The notes beneath the pieces were generated by a model, which ran no database searches, was not told the DNA's origin, and saw nothing but the letters and a program-made list of their open reading frames with translations. From a virus, in the IMG/VR virus record IMGVR_UViG_3300009161_000031, positions 37,004 through 101,003 of that record: DNA of 64,000 nucleotides; one strand, written 5' to 3'. The position numbers and the translations under genes were made by a program. Below are positions 55,213-64,000 of the stretch, one piece after another (the first letter of the stretch is position 1; each line of letters starts with the position of its first letter).

Positions 55213-58200
55213 ATGCAGAATATATCCGGCACCCTTGCCACTGCTGTCCAAGACAGCGCCCATAATGTATTGCCTTATGTAGAGGCCGAATGGGTTAATG
55301 GCAGGTCTTTAACTAATGTTAAAGCATACTCTACATCAGATGATTATGTCGATTATATTAAATCCCTAAACCCTGCATTGCATTTTAGGCTTAACGACTC
55401 TTTTGATCTTGTACAAAACATGAATACTGGACCCAAGCCTGCATCTCATTGGAGAATGAATAACGCTTCAGACACTTTTGGGACAATCATTGCCGATGAA
55501 ATGGGTTACAACAATCTTTCCCTAAATGGAGCTAATTATACCTTGGCTCAACCTGGAGCTGTTAGAGATAATGACGCATCTGTTACCAACTATTCTATTG
55601 GATTCAATACTTCTACCGCTCCATTAAGTGCATATGCGCAATCTTCCAGTCCAGATTTACAAAATAAATGGAGTATTGTAGATAATCCAAACTTTAGCTT
55701 TGAGTGCTGGATTAAACCAGGGGGTGATGCGGGTGTGCTAGACCGTGGCAAGCATGTTGTAGCACATCACGTTGGAAAACGCTTTAATGAGAAGAATATT
55801 CTTGTAGACAAAATTGAATGGATGTTTTCAGTCGATGCCGCACCATCGGCTTTAGCGTCTACTTCTGCAGTATACCCCAGTTTTGTGATTGTGAACAATA
55901 CTGGAAATGCACTAACTATGGCTCAGGACCTACAGAATGTATACATGTCTATAAAATCTCCTAACTCTATAGCGGTTGGTGCATGGTCGCATATTGTAGT
56001 AACATACAATTCTAAAGAATTAAAAATATATATTAACAGTGTTCTTGTTGCAACCGAGTCAAGGCAAAATGGTAACCTCATTGACATTGCTAGCGGTACA
56101 CTGTATATTGCGAGCGCACATCAATCTTCTATGTTATTAGATGGCGTTGGCTCAGGGTTTGATACTAACCTTAACGCATTGAGGGGATATATAGATGAAA
56201 TTGCTATATATCAAGATTGTCTTTCCTTTGCTGACGTTGCACGAAGGTGGAAGTCTGGGTCTTTAAAAGTATTGACTAGGTCCTCTACGGATGTCGTGCA
56301 TCAAAATATTAAAGATTTTTCGGGCAAGGGAAGGGACGGTTTTCTTGACTTTGCAACCTCGGCCACCGTCAATTTCAATCCTAAGTCTAATGGTACGGTT
56401 GTATCTCCGTTTATTGGTCGTTTAGACGGAGGTAGTTTATTTTTTATAGATAAGACATCTAAAGTAGATGCCGGGTATTTTACTTCAGATAATACATCTA
56501 CGGGAACGAGTGTTTATACTGGCAATAATTTGACAGTTAGCGCATGGGTGTATGTTACTGCACTTAATGGAACAGGTGCCGAATCTGTTGAGATGATTGC
56601 TGCACAAGGCAATGGCTCCAGTGGATCTGCTGTCAATAATGCATGGTATCTTGCAATGAGAAAACAAGCATCTAGTGGTGTAATTCAGATTACTGCCTCT
56701 ATCAACGATGGTGCCAGCAACCCTATTGCTCAATATACGTCTATCTCTATTAATGCTTGGCATCATATTGTAATGACTGTAGATAGTAGCAATAGATTAA
56801 ATCTTATGGTTGATGGCAATTACGCCCAAGCTGAAACGGATCGGGTTTCCGGTGTTGGAACTATGAATATGAATCCAGCGTGGAAAACATTTATAGGTGG
56901 AAGAGTAGGATTCACTGAAGGATGTAGAGATACATATATTGCTGAAGTAGCTATTATTAATGCTAAGACTGACCTTAGAGCATGGTCTACTTTGTATAAG
57001 TCTGTTATTAATGTTAATGACTATAAAGCTATTAATAAAATTTATAATCCACTTCAAGTTATAAACGGTAAAACTGAGAATACTGTTCCTTGGGCAGTTT
57101 TAGATGCTTTGGATGAAAATGGCGAAACTATTACCGCTGATGGCGACTATCATTTCACTGAACGCAATGAGGTTCTTGTAGACACAGACTATGAATATGG
57201 TTGGTGGTCTAAAGTTAAATCTGATTTTGCAGCTAATTTTCCAAACAAACCAAGTATTTATTTAACTTTTGATGCCATATCAGCTAACTATGTTGATTTG
57301 TATAGTACTTTAAAATATGGTGCAATTAGGACAGGATCTTTTTATTATCAATTAGAGTCTGGAACCTGGGTTGGCCCTCTTGCTTTTTCTGTAGACAGTG
57401 AAAGTAAATATATTTATTCAATTGGCTCTATTGTAAAAATTAAAGCATTGCATTTATTTATAGATTCCTCAGCATATGTAAATGATTGTGCAAGGATTGA
57501 AGAATTTGCTCCACGATTTACTGAAGATATTTCTTCCTATGTCTCTAGCATGGAAGTAGATAAAGTTCGTGAAAACTTCGATAGCTCAGTACCACTAGGC
57601 GCAACCGGAGCAAATACATGCAACCTAACCTTAGACAACACAAGCAAAAGATTTAATCTTGAGAATTCGTCTAGCGATCTTTATGGTCTAATATTTCCGG
57701 GTGTCAAATTTACTGTTGGATATAAGTACGCTACGTCTAGCGGGTCTAGCCCCGAATACATACAAGAGGGAATTTTTTATTCGGATAACTGGAACCTTGG
57801 TTCCGATAATATGGTGGCATCTGTTCAGTGCAGAGACTTCAGTGGAAAAATGCAAGATAGCATGATGGTAGATGGATATATATCTACAGATGCTACCGCA
57901 GCAGAAGCAATATCTGACTTGGCGCTTAGGAGTGGAGTTCCTGCATCTAAACTAAATATTGATAACAACTATAACACTGAAATAATTAAAGATGCTCCCG
58001 ATGCCTACTGGCGCTTCAATGAAACTCAACTAGAGCCATTTGCTCTTAACTTTAATGGAAGTGTATATCTATATAGTCACCCATTTGCTGACTTGTTGAT
58101 GGGTACAGGCAATGTCACTGGCGCTCAAATTAAAAATACTACGTATGCTTCGACTAAAGTTCTGCCAAGAACATTCTATGATTTTCCAAACTCGGAGTTG

Positions 58201-61200
58201 ACGCTAGAGTTCTGGATTAAATGTGCTACTCCGGCTGCCAAAAAAACTGTAATAAACTATGCCACAAAAAGATATGCCAATGAATTCAGTGTCAATATTG
58301 ATACCGCCGGAAAGATTGAAACAAGAATACTTTCATTTGCTCCAGGCACTGCAGTAGGTGTCGGAACAGCTTCCACGGCTGTAGTTGCAGATAATATTTG
58401 GCATCACGTTGCTATTGTAGTTGATCCAACTATTGCAGCAACTGTTGGCAATACTACTCAAATATCATATTTTATTGATGGAGTTGTAGATAATACTTTT
58501 GTAGTTTCATCTTTTTCAGGATTTAGGCCATCTGGACAAATGCTTATTGGTGCGGGGTTTTCTGCTTCCACAGTTACAGGTTCGTTAGCCAATGGTCCTC
58601 ATACTTTAGATACTGCAAGCATTTTTTCTGGATCGCTGAAAGAAATCAAACTGTGGGGCACTGCGCGTAGTCAGTCTCAAATCAGAAAATATATGAACTC
58701 CCCAGTGGCAAATAAAAAAATTGGAGCGCACAGTAGCAATCTCTATAAGAGTATGATTATTGCTGCTGCTCCTGTTGCTTATTATCCTCTTGACTTAAAG
58801 TTAAACAGCGGTACTACAACCTACGGTTCTCCTCTGGTTAGAGATATTTCCGGCTTTGATCGCAACGGCTTGCTTGTTAGCTCAGGCTTTACGTCGGTTG
58901 CTGGCCCAATAATTAGCGAAGATTCAAGCTCTGCTATAAAATTTAAAGCATCTAATACTACATCTTATATAACTGCTTCTAATACTTCGATCACTCCATA
59001 TGAGGGAACTCAAGATGGGAACATTGCGTATAGTGCATATGATTTCAGCCTTACGCCAACTGTACTAAGTACTACTGGGCAATTTACTTTTGAAGCATGG
59101 GTAAACCCTACTTCTAGGTTGTTAACTCCCATTGCTTCCAAAACATCTGCTACTCTTGCCGAAAAAGAATGGGATTTATCGATAAACACTTCCGGTCTAC
59201 TGCAGTTTAGAGCATATACCGGGGCAAGTGGACTATCTGCAGTAACCGCAACCAGCAGCACCGATAGTCCATTGCAATTAAATGCATGGAATCATATTGC
59301 CGTTACGCTTGGTGGTTCTAAGCTGGAAATGTATGTAAATGGCAAAAATGTAACTGGTGGTGTAAAATTTGCAAACGCCAGCTTGCTTAGATCTACTACA
59401 CCTGCTCCATTTAGAATAGGTGCAAATAATGTCAGTACCGCTGCAGACACTTATGCTTCTACTTTGTCTATATCTCATGTAGCAATTTATGCAAGGGTTC
59501 TTCCCTTAATAGAATTATATTCGCATTACTCTAAAGCAGGATATGATTCTTCTATAATAAATTCATCTCAAGATGGAAAATTATTGTACTATTGGCCTTT
59601 AAATCAAGGTAGATTTTTTGAATATGAAGATTTTAAAAAATCTGGTTTTGCTTATAAATTTAATTCAAAAAGTAACCAAAATATATGCCCCAATGTAACA
59701 AAATTTACTAATCATATGTATGCCTATACAGCAGACAATGTTGGAACTAGTGCAACATCTACAGCAATTACCAGTTCTTTGTGGAACAAGAGTGGTGTAT
59801 TGGCTGTAAGAGATTATGCGTCTGACAAAAATTATTTAACGTATCGCATGGGAGCCGCTGCTCCATATGATGAAAAAATAGCGGCCAATCAGATTTCTCC
59901 TAATTTCGCAGGGCCAATATCCTCTGAGGCAGCAAGGTCCACGAAGTTCTCTTCTGCCCTTAATCATGTGGCATATTTAAATTACACTACAGATTTACCA
60001 ATGACTGTAAGTTCCACTTCTCCTCTAAGTATGGAGATGTGGATAAACCCAACTAGTGTAACATCTAAGCAATATCTGTTTTCTCGTGAAAACTTTGGGG
60101 CTACGGATGTTGCTGGAAGCTGGCGCATATTTCTAGATTCAGACTCTAAGGTCAAATTTGAGATTCATCAAACTTCTGGAGCGACTTTGTTGGCTGTTAC
60201 CCCAACTACCTTTGGCGGATACCCATCCTTGACTGCCAACGCTTGGTCACATTTAGGATTTACTTTTACAGTAGCATCTACTACCTGCACTGCAAGCATC
60301 TACCTTAATGGTGTCTTGTATGCTCAATATGCGTGGTCTACAGCAACTGCTGCTCTAACATCAGCGCAAGTTAAGATGATAATCGGTGGCAATAGAGCTG
60401 TTGGTGTCAACGACTTTGATGGCTATATTTCTAATTTTGCTATCTACAATAAACTACTGACAGTCGATAAATTCTTGAAACATTATGTTCGAGGTAAAAG
60501 TATTAGACAAAATGTCTATGATATGATTGCAACTTCATCTGAGTCTTATTGGGCTGAAATGCTTAAGATTGCTACAGCTGATATTGGAATGTATTTCTTT
60601 GATGAGTTTGGGAATTTTGTGTACGAGCATGGAAGATCATATGATGATGCCCTAGATACTCAACATGCTGTAGTTCAGTATACGTTAGATCAAAATCAAG
60701 ATATTATTTCTGCTTCTCAGACAGTAGAACTGCACACTAATAAAGTTAAAGTTAAAGTCTACCCCAAAATGACCACTAGCTCATCCACACCAAATATTTG
60801 GGCCGCTGCTGCTAATGAGTCTTTGGCTATATGTTTGTTGGCGAGTTCTACGTCAGCGTATAATACAGACTCATTGTCATTGGAGTTAACTTTGAATAAT
60901 GCTTCTCTTTATGAGCCACTTTGGCCAATGAGCGGTGTTGTTAAAATTGATAATGAATTTATCAAATACACTAAATCCAGCGGCAGTTCTTTATTTGACC
61001 TTGAGCGAGGATATTGGGGATCTACAGCCGCCTATCATAAATCTGGGTCTGTCGTTGGAGAGGCTCGTGAATACAATTTGGAGTGGAGTAATCAACCTGT
61101 TTATTTTGTTAAATATCCTTTCATTACTGGTGTCATTTATGATAAAACTGTTGTAGCCTCTAATTGGAGATTTAATGGACAAAAAGGATATATTAGATTG

Positions 61201-61650
61201 TTTCCATCTAATTCAGCTAGAGCATCTGATAGATATATTGTTCTAGAAGGCACCAACCCTGTCACTAAACTAGTAAACCACTTCGTAGTTTCTGGAGTCG
61301 TAGGAACATCTAGTGAGTCTAGTAAGCAAAACATTGTTGAAGTATTGTCGGACTATAAAGACAATATTAGAAAATATGGAGAAAAAATATTAGAAATTGA
61401 CAATCCGTTAATTCAAGATGCTGAGTATGCTAAAGATTTAGCTCAGTTCTTGCTTGCCAAATACTCTATTCCTTGTCCGGTTTTACAAATTTCTACTATG
61501 GGGATACCTCAACTACAATTGGGTGATAGAATAAAGATACAATCTTTAGATGGATTATCTCTTTCTAACGATGAATATTGGATTATGTCAATAAATATGT
61601 CTTATGATGGTGGAATTAATCAAACAATGACTCTCAGGAAAGTATCTTAA
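55213..61650 (+). CDS. large tail tip/hub protein with multiple LamG/concanavalin-A-like domains
   Basis: repeated F..E.W...W.H.......Y.NG...IG...I.E.AIY units; hub-like segments (LDN...F, FFDE.G.F.Y, IDNPLIQ, P.LQLGD). Confidence 0.85.
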   Translation: MQNISGTLATAVQDSAHNVLPYVEAEWVNGRSLTNVKAYSTSDDYVDYIKSLNPALHFRLNDSFDLVQNMNTGPKPASHWRMNNASDTFGTIIADEMGYNNLSLNGANYTLAQPGAVRDNDASVTNYSIGFNTSTAPLSAYAQSSSPDLQNKWSIVDNPNFSFECWIKPGGDAGVLDRGKHVVAHHVGKRFNEKNILVDKIEWMFSVDAAPSALASTSAVYPSFVIVNNTGNALTMAQDLQNVYMSIKSPNSIAVGAWSHIVVTYNSKELKIYINSVLVATESRQNGNLIDIASGTLYIASAHQSSMLLDGVGSGFDTNLNALRGYIDEIAIYQDCLSFADVARRWKSGSLKVLTRSSTDVVHQNIKDFSGKGRDGFLDFATSATVNFNPKSNGTVVSPFIGRLDGGSLFFIDKTSKVDAGYFTSDNTSTGTSVYTGNNLTVSAWVYVTALNGTGAESVEMIAAQGNGSSGSAVNNAWYLAMRKQASSGVIQITASINDGASNPIAQYTSISINAWHHIVMTVDSSNRLNLMVDGNYAQAETDRVSGVGTMNMNPAWKTFIGGRVGFTEGCRDTYIAEVAIINAKTDLRAWSTLYKSVINVNDYKAINKIYNPLQVINGKTENTVPWAVLDALDENGETITADGDYHFTERNEVLVDTDYEYGWWSKVKSDFAANFPNKPSIYLTFDAISANYVDLYSTLKYGAIRTGSFYYQLESGTWVGPLAFSVDSESKYIYSIGSIVKIKALHLFIDSSAYVNDCARIEEFAPRFTEDISSYVSSMEVDKVRENFDSSVPLGATGANTCNLTLDNTSKRFNLENSSSDLYGLIFPGVKFTVGYKYATSSGSSPEYIQEGIFYSDNWNLGSDNMVASVQCRDFSGKMQDSMMVDGYISTDATAAEAISDLALRSGVPASKLNIDNNYNTEIIKDAPDAYWRFNETQLEPFALNFNGSVYLYSHPFADLLMGTGNVTGAQIKNTTYASTKVLPRTFYDFPNSELTLEFWIKCATPAAKKTVINYATKRYANEFSVNIDTAGKIETRILSFAPGTAVGVGTASTAVVADNIWHHVAIVVDPTIAATVGNTTQISYFIDGVVDNTFVVSSFSGFRPSGQMLIGAGFSASTVTGSLANGPHTLDTASIFSGSLKEIKLWGTARSQSQIRKYMNSPVANKKIGAHSSNLYKSMIIAAAPVAYYPLDLKLNSGTTTYGSPLVRDISGFDRNGLLVSSGFTSVAGPIISEDSSSAIKFKASNTTSYITASNTSITPYEGTQDGNIAYSAYDFSLTPTVLSTTGQFTFEAWVNPTSRLLTPIASKTSATLAEKEWDLSINTSGLLQFRAYTGASGLSAVTATSSTDSPLQLNAWNHIAVTLGGSKLEMYVNGKNVTGGVKFANASLLRSTTPAPFRIGANNVSTAADTYASTLSISHVAIYARVLPLIELYSHYSKAGYDSSIINSSQDGKLLYYWPLNQGRFFEYEDFKKSGFAYKFNSKSNQNICPNVTKFTNHMYAYTADNVGTSATSTAITSSLWNKSGVLAVRDYASDKNYLTYRMGAAAPYDEKIAANQISPNFAGPISSEAARSTKFSSALNHVAYLNYTTDLPMTVSSTSPLSMEMWINPTSVTSKQYLFSRENFGATDVAGSWRIFLDSDSKVKFEIHQTSGATLLAVTPTTFGGYPSLTANAWSHLGFTFTVASTTCTASIYLNGVLYAQYAWSTATAALTSAQVKMIIGGNRAVGVNDFDGYISNFAIYNKLLTVDKFLKHYVRGKSIRQNVYDMIATSSESYWAEMLKIATADIGMYFFDEFGNFVYEHGRSYDDALDTQHAVVQYTLDQNQDIISASQTVELHTNKVKVKVYPKMTTSSSTPNIWAAAANESLAICLLASSTSAYNTDSLSLELTLNNASLYEPLWPMSGVVKIDNEFIKYTKSSGSSLFDLERGYWGSTAAYHKSGSVVGEAREYNLEWSNQPVYFVKYPFITGVIYDKTVVASNWRFNGQKGYIRLFPSNSARASDRYIVLEGTNPVTKLVNHFVVSGVVGTSSESSKQNIVEVLSDYKDNIRKYGEKILEIDNPLIQDAEYAKDLAQFLLAKYSIPCPVLQISTMGIPQLQLGDRIKIQSLDGLSLSNDEYWIMSINMSYDGGINQTMTLRKVS

Positions 61651-62651
61651 TGGAATCTTATAAGCCAGTGTCGTGGTCGTCAGAGCCTTTGTCTATTGAT
61701 AAAATACAAGCGATGATACAAAATGATCAATCGATTGCAGATGAAATTGATCTTAGACCTCGTGGAGTTATTGGGTATAGTGAACTTACTATGTATGCTT
61801 CTAATACCGGTAAAAAAGGATATCGAGACGTAGACAGAGCTTTTTATCCAAATTATGCCGCTACTTTAGTGTCAGCTGCTGACATGACTAATGTTAAAAA
61901 TACTGGAGAAAAAATTCGTGAATACACTCGCGTTATTGACAATTGGGAAATAAATCCCAATGGTCTGTCTTTAAATATTAATGTTGAGCCAAATCGTATT
62001 ATTCATTTTGAATTGTATATTCCTATTTTTACTCACAACAACCCCAATGTTGGCCCAAACACATCTGATAACTGGGCTATTGATGCTTTTGTTATTACTC
62101 GCGACGGGGAGCAAATTATTGCAGAGTCTGGAACAGATTTATGGACAGCGATGCCAGGTTCTAGGTCATTGAGGTCTTTCTATTATGACTGCTTTGATAT
62201 AGGTGCCACTTCAGGTCCACATCTTTATGAGGTTATGTGGAGATGTCAGTCGTCAGTGGTAGCCCAGCAACTTGAAATGGAAATCTGGGAGCAAAATCGC
62301 AATACAATAGTTGGTCTACCGTCTTCAGTTACTGAGCCCGATCAACAATACTATTCAGCGTCGGATGCAACTACTATAGGCTCCGGCAGTGGCAGATATA
62401 ATCTTTCCGACTTCACAAGCCCTCAAGATTCTCCTATAAAGTATACTGAGGTAGTAGGTATTGTTGAAACCTACACAGGCAACCCTAGCCTGTCGCCAGC
62501 AACATTTGCTGGAACAGGCTACTATCCATTTGCTGGTGTAATCCCAACAGCGCAGTTTATTGCTACTGACTGCGGTGATGCTACGTCTGCTATAATAAAG
62601 ATAGACGGAGAGACTAAGACGGGAGATGCAAATGCAAATACACCAGCCTAA
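61650..62651 (+). CDS. minor tail protein
   Basis: TAATG coupling; N-terminus W...PL.......M..ND. Confidence 0.75.
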   Translation: MESYKPVSWSSEPLSIDKIQAMIQNDQSIADEIDLRPRGVIGYSELTMYASNTGKKGYRDVDRAFYPNYAATLVSAADMTNVKNTGEKIREYTRVIDNWEINPNGLSLNINVEPNRIIHFELYIPIFTHNNPNVGPNTSDNWAIDAFVITRDGEQIIAESGTDLWTAMPGSRSLRSFYYDCFDIGATSGPHLYEVMWRCQSSVVAQQLEMEIWEQNRNTIVGLPSSVTEPDQQYYSASDATTIGSGSGRYNLSDFTSPQDSPIKYTEVVGIVETYTGNPSLSPATFAGTGYYPFAGVIPTAQFIATDCGDATSAIIKIDGETKTGDANANTPA

Positions 62652-63549
62652 TGTTTCTACATTTGCTAAAGCTGACTATAAATTGCTTCAGCAAATGTGT
62701 GATAATGATGATGATATTCGCAATAATCTAGAGATGAACGCTAAAGGCATAGTTGCTTTAGGCATGGCTAATAATATGAATTTGGCACTTCCTAATTATT
62801 CTAATGCCTTTGGGGCTTATTCGCAGTCAACATCTGTAAATTGGCTGGATGTGCAGTTTAGTTATCCAAATACCACAAAATTTTCTGTAAACTTTGAGGC
62901 CAATCGTTATTATAAATTTATGATACATTTTGATTATGTCTGGGCCGCCAATGTAAGGGTCGGTGCTGGAGATGTTTTAGGCAAAACGGGACGTATTGAA
63001 GTTAGAGTAAGGGATGTTACTCACCGAAGAGATGTAATCTATTGGACTAATCTAGTAGATCCTGATTATAATATGGGCGGGTATGTTGCGGGTCCCTACA
63101 TTTTACATAGAGATACTGAAGCGGGTAATCATCCAGATGTAAACATATATAGTTGGGATGAGCCGTCTGCGGACGGTTGTGTGCCTAGTTCGTGCCATGC
63201 AGTTAGAGTTATGGCTGCAAAAACTAGTGGAGCGTCTGTTCTAAAAGTTCAATTTAGGCCAATGTTTGCTTTTGGTGGAGTCCAACCTCCTTTGTCTCTG
63301 GATGTAACCAGCACTGCCCAGCCAGTAATTGGTCTTCCCCAACAGTATGTTGCGGATGCAGGTCGCGGTGGCATCAGGGACACTGAGGCGATTAAACAGT
63401 TTAATGGATATTTCTCTGTAGAGGATTGCGGTCCAGTTGAGAAGCCCGCTGGAGTGGCTGCTGGTACGCTTGATGATAACTCTATTTCTCCATATTTTGA
63501 GGCGTATGAAAATCATGCCTATGATACAACGGCGACGGATAGACCATAA
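62626..63549 (+). CDS. minor tail protein
   Basis: N-terminal LQQM.DND and C-terminal EDCG, as in the preceding gene. Confidence 0.75.
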   Translation: MQMQIHQPNVSTFAKADYKLLQQMCDNDDDIRNNLEMNAKGIVALGMANNMNLALPNYSNAFGAYSQSTSVNWLDVQFSYPNTTKFSVNFEANRYYKFMIHFDYVWAANVRVGAGDVLGKTGRIEVRVRDVTHRRDVIYWTNLVDPDYNMGGYVAGPYILHRDTEAGNHPDVNIYSWDEPSADGCVPSSCHAVRVMAAKTSGASVLKVQFRPMFAFGGVQPPLSLDVTSTAQPVIGLPQQYVADAGRGGIRDTEAIKQFNGYFSVEDCGPVEKPAGVAAGTLDDNSISPYFEAYENHAYDTTATDRP

Positions 63550-64000
63550 TGTATAAATCTTTAAAATGGTCACCTCAATCTCCTTTGACTTCGGCATCTT
63601 TAAACCAGATGGTTGAGAATGATAAAGATAATTATGTTCTTTGCGCAACCTCTGCTGGCACAGTAATCGCTATATCTGAAATGAAACAAAGATTTGAGAC
63701 AATGCCTGGAAATGTTCCTATTCGGATACCATACCTTGGCGTAGATGCTTTTAGGGCTCCATACACTGGATGGTATAAAGCACATTTTTCTTGCGCTGCT
63801 GCTAGGCAAGATACTACAAATATTGATGGATCAAACGCAGCGGTAGGAACCTCAGGTCAAGGAAGGTCGGCATTATCATATTTGGATGGATTTTATTTTG
63901 TAATAACCGCTAAACATACTAATGCCGCAACAGATAAAAATGTGTTTACTGAAATACAAAACACAAATCAAGAAAGTTTGTTTAGCGACATTCAAAAAGA
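63549..64000 (+). CDS. minor tail protein, 3'-truncated (MYKSLKWSPQSPLTSASLNQMVEND...)
   Basis: read manually; TAATG coupling; open to the window end. Confidence 0.7.
   Translation, partial: MYKSLKWSPQSPLTSASLNQMVENDKDNYVLCATSAGTVIAISEMKQRFETMPGNVPIRIPYLGVDAFRAPYTGWYKAHFSCAAARQDTTNIDGSNAAVGTSGQGRSALSYLDGFYFVITAKHTNAATDKNVFTEIQNTNQESLFSDIQK

Noticed and set aside
1-64000. Alternative genetic code
   Set aside because: Known genes are full length under the standard code and all three stop codons terminate genes.

Overview
The window is part of a large tailed (siphovirus-like) phage genome. The host is probably actinobacterial, inferred from TTGAC-N17-TAGnnT promoters, many leaderless genes, ThyX and class II RNR. 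Layout: (1) 1-2207, small + strand hypothetical genes; (2) ~2210-3780, an AT-rich, almost non-coding convergence zone; (3) ~3550-16870, a markedly GC-richer array of ~22 expression cassettes, all on the minus strand and nearly all single-gene. A typical cassette is promoter, 5' stem-loop, short ORF, terminator hairpin, long palindrome (often capped by a GNA triloop), then an AT tract or CACTCTAAGTG motif, repeating every ~420-650 bp. The non-coding frames are far better conserved than the ORFs they carry, which are swapped, chimeric or strongly diverged. This array is the best candidate for an undescribed system; no recombinase is visible in the window. (4) 17.1-33.3 kb: C5 DNA methyltransferase with a nested out-of-frame ORF, nuclease, NlpC/P60 endolysin, ThyX, glycoside hydrolase, a glycosyltransferase/methyltransferase cluster and NrdJ; (5) 33.3-64 kb: morphogenesis module (portal, protease-scaffold, capsid, neck, tail tube, -1 frameshifted chaperone, 2557-aa tape measure, LamG-rich tail protein). 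No terminase, integrase, cas gene or canonical tRNA was recognised. All calls are by eye; no database searches were run.
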